From NCBI GenBank assembly GCA_905178155.1, contig CAJINV010000004.1:2916460-2980459 (forward strand): a DNA stretch of 64,000 bases. Direction: 5' to 3'. Source of the DNA: Amoebophrya sp. A120. Its lineage: Eukaryota > Protista > Dinoflagellata. The position numbers and the translations under genes were made by a program. A model generated the notes under the pieces. The model ran no database searches and was not told the DNA's origin. It saw only the letters and a program-made list of their open reading frames with translations. Numbering within the stretch: the stretch's first letter is position 1; every line of letters starts with the position of its first letter. Below are positions 23,857-36,431 of the stretch, piece by piece.

Positions 23857-24629
23857 GGTGCAGACAGCAGCTGCACTGGTATACTTTTCCGCGATGGAGG
23901 ATTCTTTGCCGTGAAGATGTAGGTGCTTTATTTCGTTAATGTCTAAAAACACTTGCTGGACACATTGGAGATTCTAATGTAATAGTAAACAGACTTGGTG
24001 GATTTCCTAATCCTCAACACCCTCAGGTAGCGGAACCGCTAGACAAGGTGCAGCCCGTTAATCCATCTCCTGCTGCCCTCCGCTTGGTTGCGCCCTGGTC
24101 GTGCCCCTCCCTCCCTCAAGGAAGCTCCATTTCTTTCACTCAGTGCCCAACCTCTCTGCTGCACCTGCAAGCATGCAAGGCCTGTTGATGGTAGTTGTAC
24201 GGGAAGGTAAGGTAGTGTATCTTGTTCATCTACTGAACAGCGCTGTACATACAAGTACAACATGTTACAGACTTTAGCAGGTGCAGCTGGTGTGCCGGGG
24301 ATTCCCTATGATCCCTCGCAGAGCCCTCGCCTCGTCAGCCGAGTGAGTATACAGCGCCAGCGGCTGCCCAGTTGTAACTAACAGGAGTAGCGCTGAGATC
24401 TGGTGTACTAGTTAGAGTTACGTAAACAAGGTTTGCTTTGGTTTATTTTCCGCCGTTTTATAAATTCGGCGTGATTTATTGCCTTCGCTTCGTCCTTACT
24501 TCCATCAACTCTAAACACTCATCCTCATGTTAAGCAGCTTCGCCGAAGTATGAGTAGAGCGCCAGAATCGGGCGCTCTGAAAAGATAAACTGGCACATCA
24601 ACGTCTCTACTCGTCCTGTTGCTACTTTG

Positions 24630-26678
24630 TCAATAGCTCAAGGAGAAGGGAAATGCGTACTTCCCTCCTGTATTCGTCAAAGAGTGCTTCACCATATGCT
24701 TGAAAATTTCCGCGTGTGCGTTCTCCACGGGTAAGCGGTAGAACCAGTCCCGCGTTTGCCTGATCAGAATTCCGTTCATGGTGATGAAGGCCTTGTGAAA
24801 ACAGTCGAATTCGTCGTACGGTGCCTTGAAGTTGTAGATTTCGCGATAACGGTGATTCACAAAATACGCGTCGTGATACCCAAACGTGACGAAATCGTAC
24901 CCCGCAGTGGCCATCACGCTCACCGCGTAGCTGAGGCTCATACCACGTAACGGCCAGTTGTGCATCTTATACACGACAGGAGCTGCATCATCATCGACGT
25001 CGTTTCTTGAAGATATTTCGGGTTCATCTTCGGAGTTGCTCTTCACGACTTCTTTGCTGTGGTCTACGTCGCTGTCATGATCCGCCTCTTCGTAATATGT
25101 CGACGTGAGCAAGTCATTTTGTTTTTGCGGACTAGTTTTGGTTCTTTTGCTTTTACTTTTAGAGTCCCTTTTCCCTACAATTTCATCCTCCGGCTGCAGC
25201 ATTGCATCGAACAGCTTAGGGTGAAAGCGCGTCGCGAACTTGTGCGGAGGGGGAATCCCTGGGTTCACTTCCAAGAGAAAGTGTTTTGCGGAGAAGCCGT
25301 GGCGAAGCAGGGCATCCAAAAGGTCAGCGTCGTAGGAATCAATGTCGATCTTGATCAAGTCAAAGTGCAGGCCATCCAAACCAGCACTGGTACTACTTGT
25401 TGAGAGTACAGGGTTACTTGACAGGCCTTCTAAAGCAGCTGTTGTTGTCTTTGAAGCACTAATATTCAGCACTTCTTCTTCGTGCACGATGCGCAGCGAT
25501 TTGTCCTTGCTTTCTCCCGGAGCAGAGGTGGTTTGCGTTTCCTCTTCAAACAGCACCCTCGCCCCCATTTTGACTACCGGCACGACGTTGCGGGGCGTCA
25601 GGCCCACACAGAGAACTACGCTTTGCGGCGTTGTGGGGAACAGATTCCGCGCCGCGAGTTTGCACATTTCCGGGTCTTTTTCCACGTAGAGGCCACGCAT
25701 TTTCTTCGGGAACTTTTTCACCACCGGGTACACGGGATCTTCGGACACTCCATCGTACGCGCCAATGTTGAGAAAAGTCCAAGTAAGCAGGCGAGACGAG
25801 GACGTAGTGGCAACGGCATCTTCGTTTTCGCTGTGGTTGTCGTCCCCTAGGTCGTGGTCCTCAACCACATCACCGGCTGACGATATTGCAGCTGCTGCCT
25901 TGGATGATTTCGCGCTCGCAGCTCCTTTATTCGCGGCTGTGTCTTTAGACGCTGACGCACCCCCGCCGCGTCCTCCTCTCCGTCTTTTCCCCGTATTCTT
26001 TTTACCACTTCTACCGCGGCCAGTGTTACCTGTCATCACTGTCGAGTTCAGAAGCAACTCAAAATGCGGTAAATACTCCGTGGTGCTGAGTCCGAGGTCG
26101 CAGTCCGTGGCCCCGACCAGGCTTCTCTGTCGGTTTTCCACCAGGTTTACCCGCCACAGGTGTTCTGCCTCGGCGTGGCTTTGGATTGCGGCTTCGACCT
26201 GATGGACATTTTCTCCGTCGTTCAGGTTGGGGAACAGCGAGAGTATCTGCTCGCCCGTCGCCGGGTCGAAAGATTGGTACTTCAGGGGGTTCACCCACCC
26301 GCGAAAGGAGCTGGCGAGTACTACACCCGGGGTTGATGTGCGGAGGAGGTCGTGGCCCGGCAGCAGGAGGAGAATGAAGATCTCCGTGAGTTGTAGATGA
26401 AACAGCGACCACCGGACGACGCTAGCAGCTATAGATCTTTTTCTTCGCATATGTGCATGATGCATTTTTATTGAACAAGTTCGCGATGTAGTCATCATGG
26501 CGAGCTTTTCATCTATTGCTCTGCTTCTTGTGAATGTGATTATATTGCCATTGTCCTCGTTCGTCTGTTGAATAATCATCGCCGCCGATACGACACCTGC
26601 AGCTCCTGCGTAGTGCGGCGACTGGTTCGCGTGAAAAGATTTTTCCAGGTTACAAGGTAATAAACTTGTTGCTCTCAA
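24630..26678 (-). CDS. FkbM-like SAM-dependent methyltransferase with N-terminal hydrophobic segment
   Basis: FLNIGAYDG..DP; GLYVE; FDLIKIDIDSYD; LLEVNPGIPPP; GMSLS...GYDFV. The true start may be a downstream ATG. Confidence 0.75.
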   Translation of the reverse strand: MRATSLLPCNLEKSFHANQSPHYAGAAGVVSAAMIIQQTNEDNGNIITFTRSRAIDEKLAMMTTSRTCSIKMHHAHMRRKRSIAASVVRWSLFHLQLTEIFILLLLPGHDLLRTSTPGVVLASSFRGWVNPLKYQSFDPATGEQILSLFPNLNDGENVHQVEAAIQSHAEAEHLWRVNLVENRQRSLVGATDCDLGLSTTEYLPHFELLLNSTVMTGNTGRGRSGKKNTGKRRRGGRGGGASASKDTAANKGAASAKSSKAAAAISSAGDVVEDHDLGDDNHSENEDAVATTSSSRLLTWTFLNIGAYDGVSEDPVYPVVKKFPKKMRGLYVEKDPEMCKLAARNLFPTTPQSVVLCVGLTPRNVVPVVKMGARVLFEEETQTTSAPGESKDKSLRIVHEEEVLNISASKTTTAALEGLSSNPVLSTSSTSAGLDGLHFDLIKIDIDSYDADLLDALLRHGFSAKHFLLEVNPGIPPPHKFATRFHPKLFDAMLQPEDEIVGKRDSKSKSKRTKTSPQKQNDLLTSTYYEEADHDSDVDHSKEVVKSNSEDEPEISSRNDVDDDAAPVVYKMHNWPLRGMSLSYAVSVMATAGYDFVTFGYHDAYFVNHRYREIYNFKAPYDEFDCFHKAFITMNGILIRQTRDWFYRLPVENAHAEIFKHMVKHSLTNTGGKYAFPFSLSY

Positions 26679-28852
26679 CTACAAAAAAATTTTCAGGACA
26701 CAACTATAGAAATAAAAACTGCAAATCGATACTGTACTACTGACTCAAAAACGACCGAAGATGATAGCGATGACAAGATGGACACTCGCTGAATCGCTCT
26801 TCCACTTCCGGTGCTGAAGAATGAACGCTGGTGACAGCACGACCACAAGAACAACAGAAACTCAAACCATATGTGAAGACAAGATCGAAAGCGAGGAACA
26901 ACGGTGGACGCGACAGGCAGTGATCTAGATCTTCTGGAACTGCATGGAGTTCTTGGAACTCGCGATCTTCTCTACTTGGAATGGTTTTTGTTCTTTCAAG
27001 GATCGCAAGTTTTTGTTTTCTGTTTTTCTATTGACTTCTTCGAGGTTTCGTGTTCATCTTCTTGATTTCAAAACACGAATACCACAAGCCATTGCTGCAT
27101 AAGCATACGTGAACACGAGAACGAGATGCTCGATCGCCTTCATGCCTTCTTCTGAGCCTTCGTCTTTTCATCGTTGTATCACAGTAGAAGAAAAAGATGC
27201 AGTTCATCACATCCATAAAAAGAAATCTGTATCTCGAGGAGAATAGCTGGCTCCATCTCAACTCGGCGTCGTGTGGTATTTGTTTTTCATTTTCTTTTTC
27301 CCTAAATTAAAGTTCGTTGACTCGAGCAGAGGACGGGTCCGGTTTCATTGTCTTCCCTCGAAAGAGCTGCTGTGCCTACTTCTTAGCATCGGCTGCAACT
27401 ACATCTGCTTGGATCAGGATCAACATCCGAAAGCGAAATCATGATAACTCGAGCTTTTATTGCGTTCGTCCATATCGTTCAATTTCTTTATTTTCATTGC
27501 TGCTCATCGTCATCTAGTTGGTTCCCGGCATGCACAGTATCATTATCTTGTGCTCTACTGTACTCGTGCTCTCAATGAAGACACCTTTTCCATATTTCCA
27601 AAAAATCAATTCCCCTTGCTTAATTACTGAAGTTCGCCGAAAATGTTTTCATTACCACGACCACGAGTTTGCATAGTCCCGCATGTAGTTGCTAAGCGCG
27701 CTTGCTACCGCTCTTTCGAACTGTAACTGAAGCGCCAGGAGCTATACTTCTCTGTGAAGACTAGTAGTAGGTGGAGGCTGCGTGATGTCAGCTCAGTGTC
27801 AAGAAGCGTACCATTTATTTATACTAAATTTTCAACAACTTGATTTAGAACTTCGGTCATGTCGTGGGTTCTTTTGCTTATGTTATGATCTCCTCTTCAT
27901 TCTCGTTTTGCTTGTTGTGCTTTGCAATAAAAGAGAGTTCACGACGGTACCAGCGTACCACACGACAACAACATGTGAAGCAGATATTAGTTTATCACAG
28001 CGCTCATCACACGGTCTGGAAGATGAAACAAGAATAAATGAAGACCGATGAGGACGACGTGCTGATGTTGAATTTTTCAAATATAGGTACTTATGTACAA
28101 ATAACGTCTGCGCAGGTAGATCTAGGTCAAAACGACAAATAAGCGAAATGTGGAGAAGAAAACGTCAAACTTTGTGATGTCTTGGTTGGAGTTCTTCCGG
28201 CTGACAGCGACGGTATGACTCGATGAGAAAACTATTTGTGATAGAAGGAAACTACCACCAGTCATCTCTACTCACCTGTCAGGGAAAATATAGAACAAAC
28301 AAATAGTTCGCGATAGGAGGAAGCTGCCAATGAAACGGCGGGAAAACAAGTACAATTTACAGGGTGGGACAAAAAAGCATGTGGTGATAAAAAGAATGTC
28401 ATACTCTTCATTTATCACTCGTATAAATATTTAGAAATCGTGGTAGTGCTGGATATAATCGACTTCCGGTACGACAACTACTATTCTGCATACAGATACA
28501 AGCTGTGTGGCGATCGCCAGTTTTCAAATGTTCTTTGAGAGCTCAATATGACTCATAGTGGCTCAAGGAGGTTTATTTCGGGATAAATCACCACATAGGG
28601 GTGATTTTATTCAGCTTTCTAATGTACTAAAAAAGAAATCGTCGATCAGGGCGTCGATCGAAAAGCACGAGTCAACACGATAAGTAAATCGGAAAAACAA
28701 GGTCGAATGAAGGTCACAAGCGTGGTTTCGGTTCCTGTGCTACTGTTGGAGTTCATACAATAAACAAAAATTCAACAATTTTTCACTATTGATTCTTCAC
28801 ATGATTCGTACTGTTGAGTACTTACAACCACGGCAAGATGAACTGACAGGTC

Positions 28853-31800
28853 CTACGAGGCCCCGGAGACCGGTTTCACCTTCGTCCCCGTCACCATCAC
28901 TCTGGTCGGATCATTGTCCAAAACCGACAAATTCCCGTTCTAATATGCATTGCAAAAAGCATCGTACTAGTACAAATTGCAATGCAAATTGGTCCAGGAG
29001 AAAATATCCAACTTGTGATGCTGATTTCCCTTCGGCGATAGATCTGTCATGCATGACCATGACCGCGATTAGTACGACTACGATACAACTTTTGCACAGG
29101 ATATCGAAATCGACTCGGCGATCTGCTTGGTCGCAGTGTGAATCATGGGGTTGTTCCAGTGGCAGAGAGTAGCGATGGAAGGATTGTTGCTGCAGTTCTT
29201 ACTATCCAGTTTCGCACACAACCGCTCGTATTCCGCTGCAGTCATGGGCTCGCTTCCATGATTCGCTCCTTCATTTGTTGAAGAACCACCCGAGGCCGTA
29301 GAGTGTTCTGCGAAGAGGGTCAAGCACCGCAGGAAGCCGCCACCATGCGCATAAGCCAGGTCCTGGACGACGGTGGTGTAACCTGTGATGGTCATGGTGC
29401 GTAAACAGCTTGCTCTAGTATGAGAAACAAATGTGGGATTATTACGCAGTAGTACTCCTGCACCACAATTAGGCTGCCATGCAAGTGCAACAACTCGACG
29501 GCATAACAAACTTGCGAAGATATTCATATTCGGGTGTCATCCTAATCTTAGTATTCTCTTATAGTCTTCTTGATGCACATGCAGCGTTTGCGTTGTAGTA
29601 GTTTGTGTATTTTCCTTTCCATTTATCCTTCATCTACTAAAGCACTATACCTTCCTTCTCCAAAATCCCCTGCAAGGTCGGGCACCGGGGCGGAATGATG
29701 GCCAACCGCTTTGCCTTTTCCAACAGGTTCGCGCAGTTGCGCTCGTCGACCAGAATGGAGTTCAGCGCAAACGCCATCCACTCCTGCTTGGGAATCAGAA
29801 ACACCTCGTCGAAGATATAACCTGCTCAGCTGTTACAATTATCTCAAACGTTAGAATAGAATATGAAAATCTATGATGCAAGAAGTGCATGATCTAGCGA
29901 AATCTACTGATAGGGTTGCGCATGACAAGTTCCGGAGCCCTAAACCCCACGACGATCTGGCGAAATTTGTATTGCAAAAGGTGGAACGCTGTGCGAATCT
30001 GTCATGCTCATCATGCAACACAAATCTCAGATTCTATTGTAACGTTTGAGATTGTAACGTTTGAGGAGGTCATAGAACACCTCGCTCCGCAGTTTCTGCA
30101 GCGACGCGTCGGTGAGAACCTGATCGCCCACACACGCTTTCCCGTATGAAAGTGCACGACTCCCCTTCCCCCTCATTTGTATTGCATGAACAGCAACTCA
30201 AGCGTCAGCAAGAATACAGGTTTTGCATGACAAATTTGGGTAGGCGTGTAGTGCTATTTGGGGCCGCCAGAACTTATCATGCAAACAGTGCCAAGAGCCC
30301 AGGCGTAAATTAGGCATTTTGCATGACAAATGAGGCCGAGGCGGAGTTGTGCACTCTCATATCCCGTTGAACAGGGAAAGAATCGCCAGGTCTTGGTGGT
30401 AGCCGTGGGCCTTGTCCTTGGCCTCCACGATGATCACCTCGTCCGGAAAAGAATCGATTTTCAGCACGTCCTTCGCCAAGGTGATCACGTCTTGGTACGC
30501 GTTCTTGTCCGACCGACTGCTGTCAAACCCGAGTAACACGTTCTTCTTTTTCTCCGAAGAAGTTGTCACTTTCACCGACACCAGGTCCGCCATCCCCTCG
30601 AAGGTCTTCGCCAATTCGAGCGGAAACCAGCCGAGCTGCAACGCTACCGCCCGCATGAACGGGTTCTCCAGTTGCCGCTCGAGCATGCGCGGGGATTGCA
30701 CGATGAAAACCTCCTTGTTGTCCAAAACGGGGGATTTCCCGAGGTACAGCCCAAGATTCGCCAAGTAAACGGCGTCCGCCATGCTGCTGATCAGGGAGTC
30801 AAACACAGACTTCACTTTCTTCTCGATAAACGGCTTCTGGATTCTTGCGTCGTCGTCGGATATTAACACTGCGAGGGACGTGCGGTTCTCGATCTTATTT
30901 TCAAGAACATCCTCATCTGCGATATTAGAAGTCGAGTAGTTCTTCGTCTTCGTCACGAGGGAGTCCGTCTTGGCCCGTTTGCGCGGCGGCTCCTCAAGAA
31001 GCAGAGCAGAAGTCATCACTTCGTCCGAGCTCGGTGAAGAACTGCTGGACAGAAACGCAGCGGCATGGTCACGTTTGGTGGAGGACGCGCGGGAGCTGCA
31101 GCTGGTCGTCGAGCGCGTTGAGGTGGAGAAGGAAGCCTTCCGGAACGTGTCGGCGTCTGTTGCGTTTTGGTTAGTGCCGGACGACGAGAGACCGCCCTGT
31201 AACTGCTCCTGGTTTTCCTTTTCCTCCTGCTCATCGTAGTTGTGCTTCTCGTTCAGCCGCAGAATCGCTTCGACCACCTGCTTTTCCAGTTCCGGACGCG
31301 CCTTTTTCAGCTTAGAAGTAGTGGACGAAGCCATGCTGGGAGAAGAATTTGAATTCATCTTTGGCGAAATAGCAGTAGAGCCTCCGGATGAAACACCACT
31401 GTTCTTGTTCGAAGACATCCAGTGCGCTCCCAGCGTTTTCACAATCTCGGCCTTTGCACCCTCCGAAAAGTAGTTGCCCCGAATCCCGGCCAGAATCAGG
31501 TCCAGGGGGAAACAGGTCTGCATCGGCTGGATTGCCTTAACGGTGATCGATGAAGCTCCTCCTTCGCCGCAACTAAAGCCTCCGCTTGATGTTAACGTCG
31601 CGCTGTCATTTTCACCATTGGCGTTGTTCTTCATCTTCTTTGGGCTTTTTGCGCTTGATGCAGTCGTGGCGGTGCCCTTGACCTTGTCCTGCATGGAAGA
31701 AGTAGAAGTAGAACTTTTAGTACTATCCAGCGCGAAATGGCGACTGATCGTGCGGTGCAGTTTGATGAGCTCCGACGAGAATTTGCTCCGCACGTTTTTC

Positions 31801-32066
31801 GGCACGTGCCCCGCCTGCATGAAGGGGTTAATGGAGTACTCCATGGTGTTGATCACCTCCCCAAAGGCCGGAGACGGGAGCACGATGGTCGAACCGTAGG
31901 TGGGCCAAGCGGTGGACGACGAATTCTTCTTGGATGGCGAGTTGACAGTACTACGAAGGTCTCCCTTCTCCTGCTCCTCTCCAGTGCGCTTCATGCCGCT
32001 CTTCTTCGGCGAAATAACCGCGCCAGGCGGCGGCGCAGTAAACTTTTGGTGTTGTTGTTGCGACAT
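28853..32066 (-). CDS. Amidinotransferase / dimethylarginine dimethylaminohydrolase (DDAH) family enzyme
   Basis: Motifs in the expected order: EYSINPFM, DAVYLANLGL, ERQLE, FEGMAD, SRSD, YHQDLA, FALNSI, GGGFLRCLTL (catalytic Cys). The frame is restored by three introners and the GT-AG intron 29383-29650. Confidence 0.85.
28944..29103. mobile_element. Introner, family A, reverse orientation
   Basis: TCTAA|TATGCATTGCAAAAAGCATCGTACTAGTA...TTTTGCACAGGATA|TCGAA. Removal gives ESISNGNLSV. Confidence 0.85.
29816..30074. mobile_element. Introner
   Basis: GAAGA|TATAACCTGCTCA...TGAGGAGGTCATA|GAACA; inner inverted repeat CTCAAACGTTA/TAACGTTTGAG. Removal gives LRSEVFDEVFLIPK. Confidence 0.8.
30145..30361. 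mobile_element. Introner, family B
   Basis: TCCCG|TATGAAAGTGCACGACTCC...GGAGTTGTGCACTCTCATA|TCCCG. Homologous to 46982-47204; removal gives LFNGKACV. Confidence 0.92.
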
Positions 32067-33731
32067 TTTTTTTCTCTTTCTGACGCGGCCTGTGTAGTAA
32101 CAGGCTGTGGTGGAAAAAGGTAAAGCAAAGCTCGTTCTTTTCCAGTTCAGATTTGTGACTAGTTCCACACGACACGGCTGCTAATACTTCACCTCCAGGC
32201 CTATTATGTTTGGAAGGCGAAGTTACAAGTTCGTGAAACTTCGAATTCCGCTCACATTTGTCTCTCTCGATGGATATAGAATATCGTTTGCCCCCTCACA
32301 ATTCGTTAATGCGTCGACTTAGTTTTTGCCTTTATTTTCTTTCTCTCAATAAATAGTTTTAGGTCGTTTGTTTACTACACCAAGTTCAAGGTAGAACTAC
32401 GCTAAACTATGGATACACAAATGGAATTGTGCTGAGGATATTATCAACTCGACTCAACACTTGAAGTAGCTGACGCGGCAAAGAGTATGACTTACCTTAT
32501 CGAAGATGCTTGACGCCTATACGAAACTTAGGCTCAATAGTAGATTGTGATTGTGTCAGTCTCAGTGCAAGAGAAAGCAACAATTACCAGCACCTGTTAA
32601 TACATGCGAGTAGCACATAAATACCTTATGCGAAAAGAGTCAGAGCACGGATATTAATAGAGCAAACTGTAACTACTGAAGCACTTACTTGGTTGTAGCT
32701 CCGAGAAAAAAGTGAAACGTTTTTCCGTTCTTGTGTTGGGTGCCTGGAAGATGATTGCATTAGGTAACGATTTGATTAAAAAACTAGATGCAGAATATTA
32801 TTTGTGCACGGATATGAGCCAACATCGCAAGTTTTTGTGTCTCACAAGTACAACTTGAGGAAGGGCATGGCTTTGTTTCTATTTTCTCTCTGGCACGATT
32901 TCGATTCCCTCGCATCTTCACCGCATGATCTGGCTGTCAATTTAGCTCTCGTCAGCGTCGCTCCTTTGCCCTCGTCTGGTCACGTGAGTGGCAGTAGTAT
33001 GTGCTATTCCGATTGTTTTACTGACTCGAGGAGCAGGAAGAAAGAGATATCGACCGCTGCAAAAAAACTCATCGTCGAAGTCTGCAATCCAGCACGCACG
33101 TAGGGATGAATGCCTCGTACTACCTGCTGGAGAGATTTTCAAAGCGAGGCAACGAGATAAAGGGAGCCCGATGAAGTGAAGTGACTATAGACTTGTCCAA
33201 CAGAAACTACAGTGGTCTACATCTATGTTCTTGTTCTCCTAGTCTGTAGATAGAAATCCACACACTGACACATTACGACACCAACAGCAACAAGTTTGAA
33301 GGACGCATAGAATTATTGGAGACAGGAACAATGCTAATTTCACGTAGTTAAGTAGTCCAGACGCTGCTGGTGTTCGTGGTTATTCTGAAACAAAGCATCC
33401 GCTGCGAAGATTTCAACAGGCCAATAAAACAGAAACAATTGAAGTGTGTGAGTGCTTTAGGAAACGCAAAAAAATGTCATATCGTGAATGAGCAGGAAAG
33501 TAACACTTAACCTTCCATAGAAACGTCCGCGACTTCAGAAAGTGTAAAAAGTTGAAACTCAAATTGAAATTCTTTTTCTGTGCGGTGTGAAATATATTTT
33601 GTAGAAGATACAGCAATCCGACGTCGGTCATCAGTTCCTCTTGCATTTTTTCGGTTGTAGTACAAGACCCTCATGTCCGTAGTTCTTCATCCCGCTCACC
33701 TCTTCATATCTTCCTCCTCCAGTCTTTGTCT

Positions 33732-35229
33732 TCAGTTGTACTTGCAGAGGCACCCCGGAATCCCGCGATTGCAACCCGCCGGCCCCGTTCCGCACGCGTT
33801 AATGTTCAGAGCGGGCATGAGGACCATGGGAAACAACAAAAAGCACAACACCGACCCCGCGCAGATGAGGAGCAGCATGGAGGCGCTGCTGTTCCCGTGC
33901 AGGAGGCCGCAACAGAAATAGCCGCGGTGGTCGTCGTCATCGTAGGTGGTGTAGGCATACCTATCCACAGGAAATTTTCCGCACACGTAGAAATGCAGTC
34001 TCTGCATGAGAAAACTTGACTTCGATCCTAGTTTAGCATGGCAAGTTTTACGCTCCAAATTGGTGAAATTTGTGATGCATTTCGTACATGTAAGGGAAAT
34101 TTGTATTGCATAGTACCCATAGTCGTCGTACACCACACGCGGCCCTCCCCCGCTTTTCCAATGCCCGTGCTGGCAATCGTGGATCAAGCACATGAGGCAC
34201 AAGAGCATCGTGACCAGGAAAATCAGAAAAATGGACATCATGCAGCACTGGTGTTGCAGCCACCAACCGTAGTAGCCACCCAAGGTCACCACACCGCTAC
34301 TGGGGTTGGAGACGCGCTTGCCATTTTCATCGACCTGCGACGTCAGATGAGGCGGCGTGCCACAGCACCTGTTAGAAGATCAAGATTTGGGTGGGCATCT
34401 TCGTGCAATAAAGTCGTGGTGGTCTTTATCATGACAACTAAGTATATTCATTCACATTACCCTTCTTGAATCTTTTTAATCTTTAGCGTGATATTTCTAA
34501 AAAGTACCCTTGCGCAACCACCGCCTGGTGGTTCGCATGCGCTTCGACGGCTGTGGTCAGCACATCGCGCGCGGCACTGACCACGTGGTGCCCGAGCCCC
34601 ACCTTGTGGGTCGACGTCTCGTCAGTTTCATCAGTGCTGGTCTCCGCCGTGGCTTCGGCTTCTTCGTGTGCACCAGCCCCGGCCGCTGCCGTGCCGGAAC
34701 CGCTCGACGTTTTTTGCTCCGTGGTCTTTTCCTCAGCTGATGTGGTGCTGGTGGCAGCGTCAGTCTTCTCTTGATCTTGTTCCACCTCGTCCGCGAATCT
34801 CACTTTTTTGACCTTTTTCTCAGAAGCGGCGGCAGCCCCAACCTTCTCGGCAGGCTTGGAAGACGGCAGCTGCTTGTCCTCCGTTTCAACAGATGCCAAG
34901 TCTTCTCCTGATGGTGGACCGGTGGAATCGTGACCATCTTCCTCGTCTCCATCTTTTTCCGCAAAAGAAGCCGCATTTTTGACGTTGTCCTTTTGCGCGC
35001 CGGCAACCTTGCTCATTTCCCGACCGACGCTCTGCATGTTGCTCACGCTCAGAAAAGAGTTGGCCTCCGCATCCAGGACAACAACGGAGCTAGCGGCTCG
35101 CTCGACGACGCCTGCGAGGTGAAACCACATCAGCACGGAGAGAATCATCTTCAACATCTTCGCGACTAAAAGAAGCAGGAGATGAGGGAAAAAAAAAGAT
35201 TTTGGGTGTTCTGCTTCTGTGTGGAACAA
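33732..35229 (-). CDS. Hypothetical secreted/membrane protein with Cys-rich hydrophobic C-terminal part
   Basis: ORF 34483-35229 (signal-like MLKMILSVLMWFHL) and ORF 33732-34292 (two hydrophobic stretches) are probably one spliced gene; introner at 33962. Confidence 0.55.
33962..34112. mobile_element. Introner (156-nt, in-frame, stop-free)
   Basis: ATACC|TATCCACAGGAAATTTTCC...GGAAATTTGTATTGCATA|GTACC. Removal gives DDYGYAYTT. Confidence 0.78.
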
Positions 35230-36431
35230 GTGTAGCGCGAACTTTGTTGATGTGTATAGTACAACGAACTACAATAGAAACAAAAAAAAACTACTGCTCC
35301 GAGGATAATCATAATTTTCTTTTCTTTATCCGCGGCGCATAAAAGAGTCAGAATGAAAAACTCTACTCGATCTTGTGTTGTCGTCTTGCATGAGATGGGA
35401 CAGACACCACGACCATGCTGTCGGACCTTTACACAACAACAACCAGAAAGCAGCTCACTACTTTCACGAAACGAGATCCACCACGTGATTGAGTCGAAGG
35501 CAACGAAGATAGAAATTCGTGACGTACAACGACAGATTGACCAGCAGGACAAATACTCGAGCCACAAGGTGCAGCGCGTGGTTGTATACCGGTGTATTTT
35601 GCAACAAAACGACGTCGATTCGATTTACGTACGACCCAAACGAACGCCTTCTATCCAGGATGATTCCCACATTCCTCGTGCTAATACACGACCAATGGAA
35701 TTCGTATGGATGACGACAACACATCAGGACAAAAATAGATAGGTGCATATTGGCGGCAAGACGGCATACAAAGACACACCGCAACGAATTGCTAATATGG
35801 TGGCGATCCTGATCCTGATTCAACCGATTCAACAGAAGGTTTCTAGGAGCAGTAATACTACACGATCATCATATGTTGACGAAGATAACGATTCCATGAT
35901 AATTAGAAATAATTTTGATTTCTTGCAATACCACGACCGCAAAGAACTGAAAAGGAAAACAACAGGAGACACTGCAAGCATCAGATCAAAGTAGTATGAG
36001 TTGTTGCGTGGTTTACTTCCGAAAAATTTTTGATTTATCATTCTGTATCGAAGTCGCACCATTCGCAATCGAAATTTTTCGGTCGATTCGCACCGTGGGT
36101 GGTGACGGTTTTTTTGAAGATATTAATGCTCTTTGCGCACTGGCACGCATCCATGTGGTGCGAGTCATAACTGCTTGTTGTACTATTACGGTGCGAGGAC
36201 TCCTCGCGCAGAGGAACACATAGCACGCTGTTGTAGTAATTTCGGTGAGTCGCCAGACGATAAGTAGTTGTATGTTGATGAAGAGGTTTTACTTATTTTG
36301 TTGTTATGATCACTACCTGCTCTTGCTGGTTCTCTTTATTCTTATTCGCTGTTTCTTGTTTCCGCTACTTTCATATAATTCCAGATGAAACAAGGCGGCC
36401 ATAATTTTCGATGAAGCCTGGATGAACTTTT

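Noticed and set aside
28358-28376. Tc1/mariner-like terminus TACAGGGTGGGACAAAAAA
   Set aside because: No matching inverted partner or transposase was found in the window.
28559-28567. Spliced-leader relics (TGGCTCAAG here; TTGGCTCAA on the minus strand at ~59486)
   Set aside because: The matches are only 9 nt, expected by chance, and are not positioned directly upstream of a start codon.
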